This document shows positions 50,011 to 63,642 of a DNA stretch of 64,000 nucleotides, piece by piece. The notes below the pieces were generated by a model that saw only the letters and a list, made by a program, of their open reading frames with translations, ran no database searches and was not told where the DNA came from. The DNA is from Azolla caroliniana. Taxonomy: Eukaryota > Plantae > Polypodiophyta. Positions within the stretch are counted from its first letter, which is position 1; each line of letters opens with the position of its first letter. A program made the position numbers and the translations under genes. The DNA lies in NCBI GenBank assembly GCA_043228905.1, contig JBHGNT010000012.1:3720001-3784000 (forward strand), read 5' to 3'.

Positions 50011-51689
50011 AAAGTTTGTAGTCTTAAAGACAGGAATTTTCGAGGTGAAGAATACACCAGTACTGGACTTTTCTTCTTCTTCTTCTTCTTCTGATGAACA
50101 GTCATCATATTTTTCCCTTTCAAATTGTTTTGGTTGTGTCTAAAAACAGCCTTATCTTTTGGCCTCTTGTTTTGAAGGTTGTGATTAGGAACTAAGGATC
50201 TGTGTCTGATGCAGATTCAGTTTTGTGGGATTGTAAGTCGCAAGTTTTGCATCATGTTTTTCTCGATGGAAGAACATGATACACCATACTAATATAAACT
50301 ACCAAGCAAGAAAATGACTCATTATATATGGTATATGAAAAAGTTATCTCTTTATTCTGCTTCTGATTTGTTGAGCAGGATACATGATGTTAATCATTGC
50401 CTTGAAATGCGTACATTACTATTAGTTTGTGAAATGATCAGATCAATTGCCATTGTCACAAGCTTCATCTCTCTCAGTTCTGATTCTTTGTTTGTTTGTG
50501 TGTGGAGGCCACTAATCCCATGATGAATTCAGGAAAGCAGTTGGGTGAAGAGTAAACAGATATTGTAAGTATAAAAATCTTCCAAATGTGAAGGGAAGAT
50601 CATCCATCACAAGAATGACAATACGTCCAATAGTTTAAAGGTCTCAAGAAACAACAAATGCAACAAAGGAATGTAATGAGAATACATATGCGGTGGAGGG
50701 AATTGAAATGAAGCAAAGGCCTTCATGTGGATTATGTTACCTTCATATCAGAAAAAGTGTTTCGAGAATGCTATGCAGTGAGAGACCTTGATTGAACCAG
50801 ATGATACCTCTTTGTGGGGTGGATGTAGAGTGAAAGGAATTCTGTCCTAATGGAAAAACTTCAACCTTTCGTTCTAGTTGGTTCTACTAAATCACCGTGC
50901 CTATCTCATCCTAAAGTAATTTTCAAGAGATGGAAGCCAGGAATCTTTATTGTATGTAAACTCATTGGGCCTTCAGGGAAACAAACTCATTGGGCCTTAT
51001 ATAAGATCTTGTGAAAAGGTCAGAGCTCTCTTAACCGTATATAAGATCTTGCCAAAAGGGCAGAAGTACCTTTTTGGAGGAAAAATTATGGTGGGTAGGA
51101 GTTCCTTGTGAATCTATAAATTGATTTCTCTAGTTTCACATCTTGTATGTAGTTGATTCTTGTCTTTAGGTTTGAGATGTTGGTTTCGATTTCTAAAAGC
51201 CGACATTGTATCAGAATATAGGTGGGTATAAAATGCATGCTACAACAAGCTTTGAGAAATTTGTGATGAATTTGCAATAAAAATTTGCGAAGCCTAAAAA
51301 GCATTGGATTGTCGTTGATGGATTGTAGTGTTTGACTGTTTAGAATTGTTTGTATCTATCTATTTTGGATATAAGAGATGCCTTTTACTGTAACTATATA
51401 TATCTTAGTTGTTTTTGGGTTTGGTCCTCTTGATGCTCCTCCTGAGTCTTAGAAAAGATTAGAATATTATTTATGAAAATGATGGTGAATATGCCCAAGA
51501 AGTCTGAAATGATAATTAATATTGGTAAATATATCAAAAAACTATTGGCGTATTCTTGAGATTGAAAGGCATAGTTGTATACTCAAAATATCCATTTTGA
51601 GTGCACAATTTGGACTTCTACTTATCACGTAGACGAATATAAGCAAAGTTTATAAGAACCTTGAAGGTTAAGATTTGTGAAGGCCTTGC

Positions 51690-51940
51690 ATTTTTCGTTA
51701 ACCTAGAAGGTCGGTCACCAACAAGAGATCTCAAATGCCTAAATGATCCCATTTATCAAAATCTCATCAATATATTCTTGAAGGCTTTGATGGCAATACC
51801 AAGGTCTTGATTTGGGAAATTTTGACTCATTTTTTCTTAACCTAGAAGGTTGGTCACCAACAAGAGAACTCAAATGCCCAATAATTCCACTTACCAAAAT
51901 CACATCAGTATATTCTTGAAGGCTTAGATGGCAATATATT
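51690..51940 (+). repeat. ~140-bp tandem duplication
   Basis: taacctagaaggt(c/t)ggtcaccaacaagaga.ctcaaatgcc...tatattcttgaaggctt.gatggcaata at ~51698 and ~51838. Confidence 0.8.
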
Positions 51941-54856
51941 ATAAATTGGATCCCACATTGAGTCTTTCTCTAGTTAAGATCGATGGGAGTTGTTTCCTTC
52001 TTGTAGACATTCGAAAATTCATGATAGTTGGTTGGGAGTAAGGTTAAGGTTTCAAGCTTGTGGTCTACAGGATGATAATGTTGTCATTGTTAAATACATT
52101 TTTCTTTTCTTTTTGTGCCTTTTAATGTAACCTTTGTTGAGCGGTTATTGAGGTTTGATGACACATTGAACTTGAGTTTTAACACCAAGAAAGTTCGATG
52201 TATGATATTTCTAGGGTTTGAAGTTTGCTTGTTTTCTCTTGTCAATGTCTCAAGTTAAGTAACATGTTGAGAACAACTAGAAGTTCAAGAATGTGGATTA
52301 AATTGAATGAAATCATAAGCCATGTCATAATGAACTACACAAACTAGTATATAAGGTGATAACCTATGATTGTAACAAATGCTGGACAAGACAAATTTGA
52401 TCTCCTTGTCTCAATCTTCGAATCTTGTTGAATGTTGTTCTCTTACACTATATATATTCAAAATGCTTGCAAGGAATTACTTAATGAAACTATCAAAGTC
52501 ATCTAACTCAAGGGAGAATTGTTTCTAGTAATGGTGCAACCCATGCAATCGCTGTAGTTGTAAGTAATGTTCCTACCAACCCAACTTGACTTGTATCCGT
52601 TGGATATCCATTAGGATGCATCTAAATGACAAAGCACACTTAGTTTGCAAATTATCAAAATTAAGAGTTGAATTATTTGTTGTCAAAAGTGTGCTTTGCA
52701 AACTAAGTGTGCTTTGCAAATTCAACAAACAAAGTATGCAAGTCTCTTGAAATACAAATAAACTAGAAATATTGGGATGATTATGTTTTCAATGGTATAC
52801 AATAAAGTCATGGGATGAAAAGGAAACAAATAAGTTAGAGTAATTCTTTTATAATAATGATCCCTTTTCATATGAAGAATGACAAAAAGGAGAAGGATAA
52901 AAAATCCACGAGATTCGGCGTGGTAAGCCCACAATCAACTCCCATGTTTCCTTTTGTTGTTATAGATCTCATATGCTCTCTATAATTCTCTTTTTCTTCG
53001 AGATATTGTTGATGCGGTTCATACCTTAGGTTCGGCGAGGATAGTACTTGCTTAGCCAACAGAATCATAGCCACATCGACATAACGACATATGTCAATGT
53101 TAAGCCATTGCCATACAACACACAACACACAAGTCTTGATGAAACCAACACTAACAAAGATAAGGGAAGACTAAACAAACACCAAGGAAAACAAGGGACA
53201 AGACAAACCTTACTCTAGGGCATTGGGCTGAGTGACCATCCATAGTGTGAAAACGGGTAAAACCTTTGCAATCAAGTATATAAAAGCCACTTTTTATGAC
53301 TTTTTAGTCTTCCTCCGTAATCTTAAAGGTAGCACCTCCATTGTAACGTGAGATAGAGCTTTCTCTTCATTTTCTTGCTCTCTTTTCATATTAACTAGTG
53401 ATTGATGCAATTCCTAAACCAAGTGATAACTGCTCTTCCTATTGAATGTGCTAGGTGGTGATAGATCAACGGTTGATGTAGTTCTCTTGTTATAATGTGT
53501 TATTGTATGTGTTTTAATATGTTGGGTTCTTGTTTTTAATCACGAAAACTATCCCACTTTAGGGTTATGAGAGTATTTATAGACAAGGGGGAAAAAACCT
53601 CCTAAAAAGGGGAAAAATGTCCTTGTGGTCCTAAGTGTATTCACACACATCACTACCAAAATATGTCAACAAATACCCCTTGCCCTTCTCCTAATCCTCT
53701 TAATCACTACCCAAATGGAAATATTAGAAAGCACTCTACAACTGATGATTCTTTACGACAACCACATTAGGTGGTTTGACCAAATTCCTATGTTGCTCGT
53801 AGTTTTTTGATTAATCCAAGAAATGCTAATTTTTTTAATCTAATACAAGTAAAAGGCACGGCCCTTTAAATTGTTGGGGAAGACAACCAAGAGGATTTTC
53901 CTTTAAACTACCCTAAAAATGGTGGATATATGTTGTCAATAACAAGTGAATCATTGATTTCGATCAAGGACATCTTGTGCAAAGGGTATGGGCCATGGGT
54001 AGTTCTTATTTGTTGTAGGTGAGATCAAATTGGAAGTACACTAATTAAGCACACCCTTTGTTTTAAGTGGTAACATTTAATTCATAAGTTTAATAAGTCT
54101 TTCCTTCCATCATTCCCCAAATCTGGCGATGCATGAGGTAGCATTTTTATGAGCAAGCACACAAAAGGAGGTAGTATATAGATCTTATGAAACAATAGTG
54201 CATCCATCTAGAGACATGTTACTTCACTTCAATTGCAAAATGTTTGTAATGGATATGCAAGATAAATGGTCACAGTTCCATTTTTTTTAGCCTAGATGTA
54301 CCTAAAAGTTGAGATTGTATCACATTCTTGCACTTAGAACGCTTAGTGCATGCATCATAAGATTAACACCTAATTCTCTACGACGAATGGTTTGCGTCGC
54401 TCCACATGGGTTGAAGGGTTATTGAAACATGAACTTCAATAGAGACCCTAGAATATCATAGAGACATTACCAATGTGTTCATTCGGTATTCTAACAAAGG
54501 TATTTTGGGATTGACTTCCAATCTTTGATCACTTGGTTGCTCAAAAGATTCTACAATTCAATCCAATCCAACTGTTTCTAATGGTTGTAGTGGGTAAAAC
54601 ACGACAACGGACGTGTATGTTTTTTTTTACGTAAAAAACTAGTAGGTATCTCGACCTCATATTCTTAAAAAATTGAGAGGAAAAACTTTAGAATAGTGTG
54701 AGTTCCAATTGTTTTCTGGGTCAACGCCTTCATCTACTTAGATCAAGCCTGTAGTCATAATTCAAAGCCACATGCAACTCATGAAGTTGCTTGTTTAACT
54801 TTTGTTACTAACTATTTGAGCATATATATGTAGCCAAAACTCAAAAAGTTACTACT

Positions 54857-55017
54857 GCCTTCATCCAACAATGGCCGTCCTCTCCCTTTCTTGAGTTAGT
54901 GGGCATCCACATAAGATGGAACTATCGCGTCCCTACAAGGATTTGTACATAATCGTCTCATTTGTAAAATTTTATAACTAATGGAAGGAGATTTTTTTTG
55001 AAAAAGAAAAAGAAAAG
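54857..55017 (+). mobile_element. Short retroposed insertion (5'-truncated LINE/SINE 3' end) with A-rich tail
   Basis: Flanked by an 11-bp direct repeat aagttactact (54846-54856, 55018-55028); ends gaaaaagaaaaagaaaag. Paralogous empty site at ~61678-61700. Confidence 0.65.
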
Positions 55018-55830
55018 AAGTTACTACTACATATATTGTTTACTTTTCCATATCCTCATCTTTCGAAAAATGTATAAATCAAAGGGTCCTACTTAGGTTG
55101 TCAAATTGTTTAGCTAAGGTAGGAGGTGATGATAGGGAAGATGGGAGGATGTGTTTTAATCTAGGATAAGGAGTTGTGTCTCATGTTTAGAGAGGGGATA
55201 ATCAGAGTGGTTGTGGATCCTATTATTAATTATAGGTTTCCTAAGGAGAGGAGTCCAAAATTTGGTTCGTGGTTTTCAGTATGTGAGTTTGTAGTGTATG
55301 GGGAGAGGGGAAATGTGAGTTTGTTCTACCTAGCCATGTGTACGTATCACGTGTTGAAGGGGGCCTATCTAGTATGTAAAAATGGTGTTTACAAGGGTGT
55401 AAGGCATCTAATTCGTTTAGCATGCCTCGCTACCCGTTTTTTGGTTTGGCAATATAAACTGGAGTTTTAGTTGGGGGGGGGGGGTGAGGATTTGTTATAG
55501 TTGTTATAAGAACTAAAATAGGGGGTTTCTTTTCTATATTATATGAAAAAAAACAAGGGAGGCATGTGTATGGAATCATTAAGAAAAGGTGGAGGGGGTA
55601 TATGAGGAGTGACTATATTAGAAATGGGGGAGGGGCAAAGGAGTTATACATAGCGGCGGGGTATGTGAGGAAATAAACAGGAAAATAGGGTGGGGCTCAT
55701 TACAAAAAAGATGTGGGGTAAGTTTAGAAATTTTCGAAAGTAGGGGGGGGGGGGTGGAAGGGGTGTGAAATGAATGCACCTTTGACTAAATATGATTTGA
55801 TAGGGAGATTCGAATATATCTGTGTGATCC

Positions 55831-58800
55831 TGTAAAGAATCAAGAGATGGATTCTTGTGAAGCGGAAGAGATGTGAGTTGTGTGTGTGTGTAAGAGAGAG
55901 AGAGAGACACAGAGTATACGCAAGGTTAAAAGTGTATTAGCAAAGGAGAAAGTCTCGACATTATACAAGGTGGGAGGAGGGTGCTTTATGTAGTCACCCT
56001 CTCTCTTCATTAACTACAAGGCTCATGGAGCATGGGGAATGTGAAAGCTCATAAGTTATGTGTCATAGAATATTATTCTATGACTCATACTAAATGCTAG
56101 AATACAAAAAGGTGACTTAATGGTGACTCTTGACCGTTGGAGTGTCTATTCACTCTCAAGGTGAGTTCACACACTAGACCAAGTTGAGCTTGATTCTCAA
56201 CACGCCCCCTCAAGCTCAAGTCGGGTTGGTTTCAGACGGTATCCGAAATCCGCATCGACTCGCATTTATGCGGAGTTGCGGAATCCGTGCTCTAGCTTGC
56301 ATTGTGCGTAGTTGCGAAGTCTGTGCTTCGGCTTGCGTCTCTTTGCGCGGTAGATCGGCTCTTCGCGGCTTCGTTGAGTGGTTGCGTAATCCACACGTTA
56401 TTGCGTAATGTCTTCAGTACTCCCCCTCAAGCTTGGCAGGTCAGGGATCGTCAATCCGAGATTGGTCATGAATTGCCATAGCTTGTCGGCTCCTAAGGCT
56501 TTAGTGAAGATGTCGGCCGTTTGAAGATTGGTGCTAATGTGTTGTAGGTCGACATCGCCAGCCAGGACGCGCTCTCGGATGAAGTGATAGTGAACTTCGA
56601 TGTGCTTTGTCCGCGCGTGGAACACCGGGTTCCGAGCCAGATAGATACTGCTCATGTTGTCGCAGTAAAGGGGAGTCAGATCCTTGATGGGTACGCCCAG
56701 ATCCTTCAAAATCCTCTTGAGCCTTACGGCTTCACACGCAGCTATGGTTGCACCCCTGTATTCCGCCTCCATACTCGAAAGAGCGACGGTAGGCTGCTTC
56801 TTGCTACTCCAGGATATTGCTCCATTGCCGAGGGAGAAAACAAATCCGGAGGTTGATCTTCTATCGGCTTTGTAGCCGGCCCAATCGGCGTCGGTGTACC
56901 CCTCGAGTCGTATTGGCATCGCGGTCTTGTAGAGGATGCCGCAATCCATTGTGCCACTCACGTATCGTAGAACTCGCTTAGCGCAATCCAAGTGAGTATC
57001 ACGCGGTGTTTGCATGAATTGGCTAAGGAGACCGACCGGATAACTGAGATCAGGTAGTGTGATCATGAGGTAGATGAGACTCCTGATGAGTTGCCGATAT
57101 TGAGTCGGCTCACATGCTTTGGTGTCGGAGTGCGCATCTAGTTTGAGATTACGATCGAGCGAGGTTGCCATGGATTTGCAGTCAGCCATCCCAAACTTGT
57201 ATAACAATGTGAGGATGTAGTGCCATTGAGAGATCATGATTCCGGCCGGAGTCCGAATTACCTCGATGCCGAGGAAGTAGTGGAGCTCCTGAATGTCCGT
57301 CATCTCGAACTTGTCGGAAAGGAGGGATTTGACCTTATTGATTTCGACGAGATGCTCACCTCCAATGACTAGGTCATCCACATATAAGATGATGACGATC
57401 GGACTTGCGGAATCGCTTCGTATGTAGAGGGAGTTGTCCGATTTTGACATACAGAAGCCGATTTGATGAAGATATTGCGTTATCTTCGAATGCCAAGCAC
57501 ACGGTGCTTGCTTGAGGCCGTAGAGTGGCTTCTTGAGTCAGCATACGGCTTTTGGATGAGTGCTCGAGTTGAAGCCGGGTGGTTGGATCATGTACACCTC
57601 TTCTAATTCGCCTTGTAGAAAGGCATTCTTGACGTCCATTTGATGGAGGTGCCACCCTTTCGCCGCGGCAAGCGCAATTACGGTCCGCACCGTTGTCATC
57701 TTTGCCACTGGGGCAAAGGTCTCTTCGTAGTCGACGCCATGCGTCTGAGCGTATCCTTTCGCTACGAGTCGAGCTTTGTAGCGGTTTACGGAGCCATCCG
57801 CGTTATACTTCACCTTGTAGATCCATCTACATCCGATCGCCTTTTTGTGTGGTGAGGTGGGAACAAGATCCCATGTCTTGTTCTTCCGTAGTGCCTGCAT
57901 CTCCTCGTTCATTGATTCGATCCATTGCGGGTCCTTCGCGGCTTTCGAAAAGGTTTTCGGCTCCCGTACTGTTGCTACCTTCATCATAAAGGCATAATGG
58001 TACGCCATATAATTGTTGTAGCCGAATCGGCTTACGGGGTTCTTTTCACGAGTGGATCGGCGGAGCTTTTCATTTGCAGAGATGAGGGCTTTCTTGGCTC
58101 CGATTGGTACCTCGAAACCGCCGAACTCACTGTCGAGTGAGTGAGTCGATTCATTGTCGTCGAAGCGATCGTCTTCATATTCCGCCATTTTCGCCTTGCC
58201 TTTGTCCATCTTCGGGCTAGGCCGTGATGTGCTTTGATCGCTCAAAGGCTCTTGTGGTCCGCTCAGTCGGGTCGTGATCGGACTTTCTTCGAACATGCGC
58301 GTAAGATGATCTTCATTCTCTATCTCTTGTTCGGTGGATTCCGGGTCGAGCGGGGTTGGAGTTGAAGTTGTCTCTGGTGCGTACCAGGATGCGGACTTGT
58401 CAAAAACGACGTCTCGACTTACCCGAGATTTTCGAGTTGAGGGGTTGTAGCACTTGTACCCCTTTTGCTCCAGTGAGTATCCTACGAGGATACATTTCTC
58501 CGACTTCGGGTCGAGCTTTTGACGCTTCTCGTTGGGGATGTGCACGTACGCAATGGAGCCGAATATCCGAACATGTGATAGGTTCGGCTTCTTTCCGAAG
58601 AATCTTTCGTGCGGAGTGACCTCGTGCACGCCGAATGTTGTGCACCAGTTCATTAGGTAGACGGCCGTATTTGCCGCTTCGGCCCAATATGACTTGGGCA
58701 TATGCTTCTCGTTCATCATGGCCCGCGCTACTTCGAGGATGTGCCGATTTTTGCGCTCGGCTACTCCGTTTTGTTGCGGGGTATGTCGGCAAGTGAATTC

Positions 58801-61202
58801 TCGCCGAATTCCTTCCTTTCGGAGATACGTCGTGAAATCGTCTGAGAAGTACTCCTTGCCGCCATCTGATCGAAGGCATCGTACATGTCGGCCCGTGGCT
58901 TTCTCGACTTCATTCTTGAAATTTTGGAAGTGTTCGAACACTTTGCTCTTTTGCCGCATCGGGTAGATCCAAGTGTGCCTAGAAAAGTCGTCGATGAAAA
59001 GCACGTAATATCGGCATCCGCCGAATGTCGCCGTCTAAGCCGGACCCCATACATCGGAATGAATTACGTTGAGTATGCCTTTGCTCACATTCCGCTCTTT
59101 CGGAAATGGGTGTCGGTGTTGCTTGCCGAATTGGCACACTTCGCATACACCTTCAATCTCCTTCTCTTTGAATGTCGGAAGCCCGATGACGACTCCTTTC
59201 GATTTCATTGCTTTGAGTTTGTTGAGATTGATGTGGCCGATTCGCTTATGCCATAGCTCTATGTCGGAGTCGGCTTTCGTGCTTTTCGCGAACATGGCGG
59301 ATTTCATCTCGTGTGAATCGAGAATGAACATCTAGCCCTCTCTTCTTCCGTGTGCGATGATTCGGCCTTCTTTTTCGATGAAGCACCCTTCTTGGTCGAA
59401 TCGTACTTGCATCCCTTGCTCAACCATTTGGCCAACCGAGACCAAATTCTTTGTGATGGTGGGTACATGCAAGACATTTTTAATGTATGTTTGCTTACCT
59501 CTTTCGCCGAACGAAACATTACCGATGTGCCGAATCGGGTGCGTAGTGTCATCTCTGGTTTCGACATAACCGGGTCGCTCCGGCTCTCAAAGTTCGAGAA
59601 ACCATTCTTTGTGGGATGTCATATGGTTTGAGGCTCCGGAGTCAACAAACCATACGTCCTCCGGATTGAGCGCACTAGTTGAGGTAGAGGCCGACATAGA
59701 GTGTGCTCTATGTATCATCATGAACATTCCGCCACGGTCGGAGTTGTATGCGTACATTCCGCTATACTCTTCGTATTCGGAATTGTGCGCGTAATTCATG
59801 AGTTGTCGGCTTGTGGAAGCCGATTCACGCATCTTCTTTCAGCACTCTTCTTCGTGGTGGCCGAGCTTTCCGCAATATCCGCATTCGGTTGCGTTTTGAC
59901 AGCTCGGGCCAGAGTGGAAGCTCCCCCTTCTTGGGAAGGTTCCTCGTTGGCCTCCGTTTTGCGGCCGAATTTGGGAGTTGATGTCGTAGGTCGGACCTCG
60001 TCTGCCTTGTCCTTGGCCGAATCGGCCTCTCGCTCGTCCGCGTCCTCTTCCTCCATTAGAGTGCGTGTAGAGCATGTGGCCTTCCGACTCATTGCTCCTT
60101 GTACGCACGTGGTTTTCTTCGACCAATAGCATTGATTGGAGCTCGAAGGAGGGAGATTTCTCCCGTGCTAGAACGGCGGTTCGCATCGCACCGAACCGTG
60201 GTGCGAGGCCGCCGAGGCATATTTGCACCATCTCATCATCATCTATACTTACGCTTATTGAGCCGAGCGAGTCGCAAAGCTCCTTGATCTTCAAGGTGTA
60301 TGTCGTGATGGACATATCCCTTTGTTGAATGTTGTTCAACTCTTGGCGGAGTTGAAGCTTCCTCGCGGTCGTGTTGGCGGCGAAAATCTTTCGTAGGTTT
60401 TCCCACGCTTCCTTCGGTGTCTTGGCTTCTCGAATGTAACTGAGCATGTGGTCGTGAACACATGTCGCCAAACAATACATCACGCGGCTTGCGGCTTGCT
60501 CCCATGTTGCGTATCCGGGAGCCGCTTCGGCGGGTCGGTCTTCATGCGCTCCTTTGATGTAGCTCCAATAGCCTTGTCCGACAAGGTATTGGTGCATCTT
60601 GTACTCCGAAGATGCGAAGTTGTTTCGATCCAACTTCTCGGTAGGGAGAGCGCTCCCCATTTGAGTATTCATTATGTCGATTCTTCTTCTTCTTCTTCTC
60701 TCTTGAATGCGAGCTATGTAGCGAAGCTACGATAGCGATGAGCTGGTTCTTGGTCGTCGGCGTGGAGCAAGCCACACGATCACGATGAGGCGAATGGGCT
60801 AAATCGAGCTACCAAATCGCTCTGATACCATGTAAAGAATCAAGAGATGGATTCTTGTGAAGCGGAAAAGATGTGAGTTGTGTGTGTGTAAGAGAGAGAG
60901 AGAGAGGCACAGAGTATACGCAAGGTTAAAAGTGTATTAGCAAAGGAGAAAGACTCGACATTATACAAGGTGGGAGGAGGGTGCTTTATGTAGTCACCCT
61001 CTCTCTTCATTAACTACAAGGCTCATGGAGCATGGGGAATGTGAAAGCCCATAAGTTATGTGTCATAGAATATGATTCTATGACTCATACTAAATGCTAG
61101 AATACAAAGAGGTGACTTAATGGTGACTCTTGACCGTTGGAGTGTCTATTCACTCTCAAGGTGAGTTCACACACTAGACCAAGTTGAGCTTGATTCTCAA
61201 CA
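55831..61202 (-). mobile_element. Copia element D (Ale/Retrofit-like), full length, frameshifted
   Basis: LTRs 60831-61202 and 55831-56202 (372 bp, ~6 substitutions). TSD GATCC (55826-55830/61203-61207). PBS-Met directly abutting the LTR (60830-60819). PPT 56203-56215. Confidence 0.96.
56398..60672 (-). pseudogene. Element D gag-pol, broken by stops and frameshifts
   Basis: ORF pieces 59839..60672 (Gag, CGYCGKLGH), 59587..59832 (VDSGASNH), 59035..59331 (LWHKRIGH), 57538..59004 (INT, RT), 56398..57450 (YVDDL, RNase H). Confidence 0.93.
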
Positions 61203-61410
61203 GATCCCATGACGAGATACATGTATAAGTCTTCTCCATAAGGCTTGATCAAGAAATTATCTATAAAATTAACTTGACTCTATGCTTTTTTCTCTATCAA
61301 AAAGCAGCTCTAAGTCATTCACGTAATTTGCAATTACAATAAATGAGACTCAAGTTGCTTATGGTACCATCTATAGTACACAATTTACAATTGCATTTTG
61401 GGGCTTTTAA

Positions 61411-61843
61411 CATAGAAGCTTCATATCATTTGCATGTTGACGGTATTATCAATCATACAAGGAGTGAAACCCCTCATTAAACTCAATACATACAAGATTA
61501 TAACTAGTTAAATCACTAACAAAAGCATCGTAATGCTGTGACAAATAGAAAAGAATAGGAAATAATATCACCTATATTGTACTCGTGTAGTCATTACTCA
61601 AAGCCATGTGCAACTCATGAAGTTCCCCGTTTAACTTTTGATACTAATCATTTGAGCATTTGTAGCCAAAAACTCAAGAACTTACTACTACATATATAGC
61701 TTATTTTTCCATAACTAGATAAGGTGGATTTCCATATTGGGCTCAAACGAACATCACTTTTCATTAGATTTCAAAAACCTGAAAATGGACATTCGGCACC
61801 ATGTCCAAATTTTTTATGAACGGACGGATATTGTGCTTCTATG
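61411..61843. mobile_element. MITE-like element with 17-bp imperfect TIRs (CATAGAAGC...ATATC)
   Basis: Left catagaagcttcatatc vs reverse complement of the right end catagaagcacaatatc; AT-rich and non-coding. Internal 61599-61713 is similar to 54771-55051. Confidence 0.6.
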
Positions 61844-63288
61844 TACAATCGGATAGATGTTCGTATAGAATGTATATAAATGGTTAAAACATTCCCGCAC
61901 AATAAGTGAGCCCTGCGACTATCCTGTTACCAATAAGACTTGATCCTCAAATCCTAGTGCTTTCTTTTGGCCCAAGGAGTGATGACCGTCTTCTGATCTT
62001 GATGTTGGTGCCTCCACCATCGAAACCTAAATCTTAATGCATACATATTCGTTTTCATTGATTCATGTGTCTCGACTTTAGTTGATGCACAGGTATTTGA
62101 TGCAGACAACCGAACATAAGAAGAATAAAGTATCTCGAAATCAGCTTCGTATCCTTTGGTGCCATTGCTAGAAATAGCTCTTTACCCTTCGGAATCACCA
62201 TTGTTGATCCTAAACTTTGAGCTTGTGTTGGTTGATGAATTAAAATATTCTCTGCAGGCGCTTCTGCATAGCATGAGGTGTAACTCGAAACTAGGGATTG
62301 AACCTGAAATGAATAGAAAGAGATTCTGCTAAAAATAAATTCAACAAATACAAATTCTTTGCAACTTACCCTCATCAAAGAATGGATTCTAAAATCCTAC
62401 ATGTCTAGGTACCCAATTCAATAAAGGTTTTAGGTTGAAAACGATGCTTACCAAAGGATGAAAAGTTGCGACATTCTTGCGAATTACTTCGATAAGCTTC
62501 AGCTGCATGGCAATCAACATTTTGCCGCACAGAGATTTTGATATCTCCACCAATTTATTCCTTAAATGAAACTGGTTCTGGTCCAAAGATTGTAAATGCT
62601 GATAGAAGAAGGGCGCTATGTATGTTTCATAGATATAGTTTGTACCTTGAGAACAAAGATAGTGTAACAGTTATTAGAATGAAACATCTAACACTTTTTG
62701 AGCCCCACAATGATCAAATTTGAGATTAGGCTTGCCAAATAGCGTGACATAATTTGAACTTGAAACTCAGGAAAACACCAGTACCCGTAGCATTGTATTT
62801 TGATTATGACTAAACATGTGACTTCCAACAAACTATGGCTAACAAAGCCATGTATTGTGGAACTCGCTTGGATCGGGTTAATGTTCTTTATTAGCATTAA
62901 AAATCACTTGATCTCATCTGTACCTCAAAGGGAAATGGTGATTTAGTGCGATGCACCTTGGGAAACCATTACTGTCTCACAAAATTTGCGGACATTTTAA
63001 AAAGAAAATAAGAGAATACTTTGTTTGTGTAAAGAGAATGCTCAAGCACAAAAAATGAATCGTTGTCCTTGTGAGAAATATGATAATCGATTCTAAGTTA
63101 CATTCCTTTTCACTTCCATAAACAGTGAAGAATCCATAACGATGTGTAACTCTTTTAACACAGCCAAACATTTGCCTCATTCATGTTTTAGTATAATGAC
63201 TATAACCTATGTTTGTGTCTGCTCATACCTTTGTATCTGGCAGCCATAGATAAACTATGAGAGCTACTTTACTTCCACTATAGAACGG

Positions 63289-63642
63289 TGTCGTGAAGAT
63301 TTTCGGCAATAGTGTGAAAATCCCAGAAAACGTACAAAATCGAGTATGAATCACGTAATACAATAATTGTGAAGATAACATTTTTAATATCTAAGTACAA
63401 AATGATGGAGGTTTCGAATGCACTTTATTACACGAGAAATGGACAACTAAATGTCAAGATATGAGGGTATAAAGTTTGTGAAAAGAAAAGAGAAAATTGT
63501 GAGATATCCCACATAGGCACGACAAATACGGCTCTCATCATATATAAGGTGGAGCAAAAGATATTATCTTTGTGTCTATGTGTGGAGCATAGAGAGTTCA
63601 AGGTAACTTGAACTTAGAGTGGAGGTGGCTAGCTACTCGAAA
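63289..63642 (+). mobile_element. Probable LTR 5' part related to the solo LTR at 6536
   Basis: tgtcgtgaagattttcggcaatagtgtgaaa resembles tgccgtgatgttttcgacacatagtgtgaaa; A-rich U3-like region and TATATAAG at ~63541. Confidence 0.5.

Noticed and set aside
52000-52230. Possible LINE RT remnant (LNLSFNTKKVRCMIF)
   Set aside because: Too degraded to support; only one weak motif.
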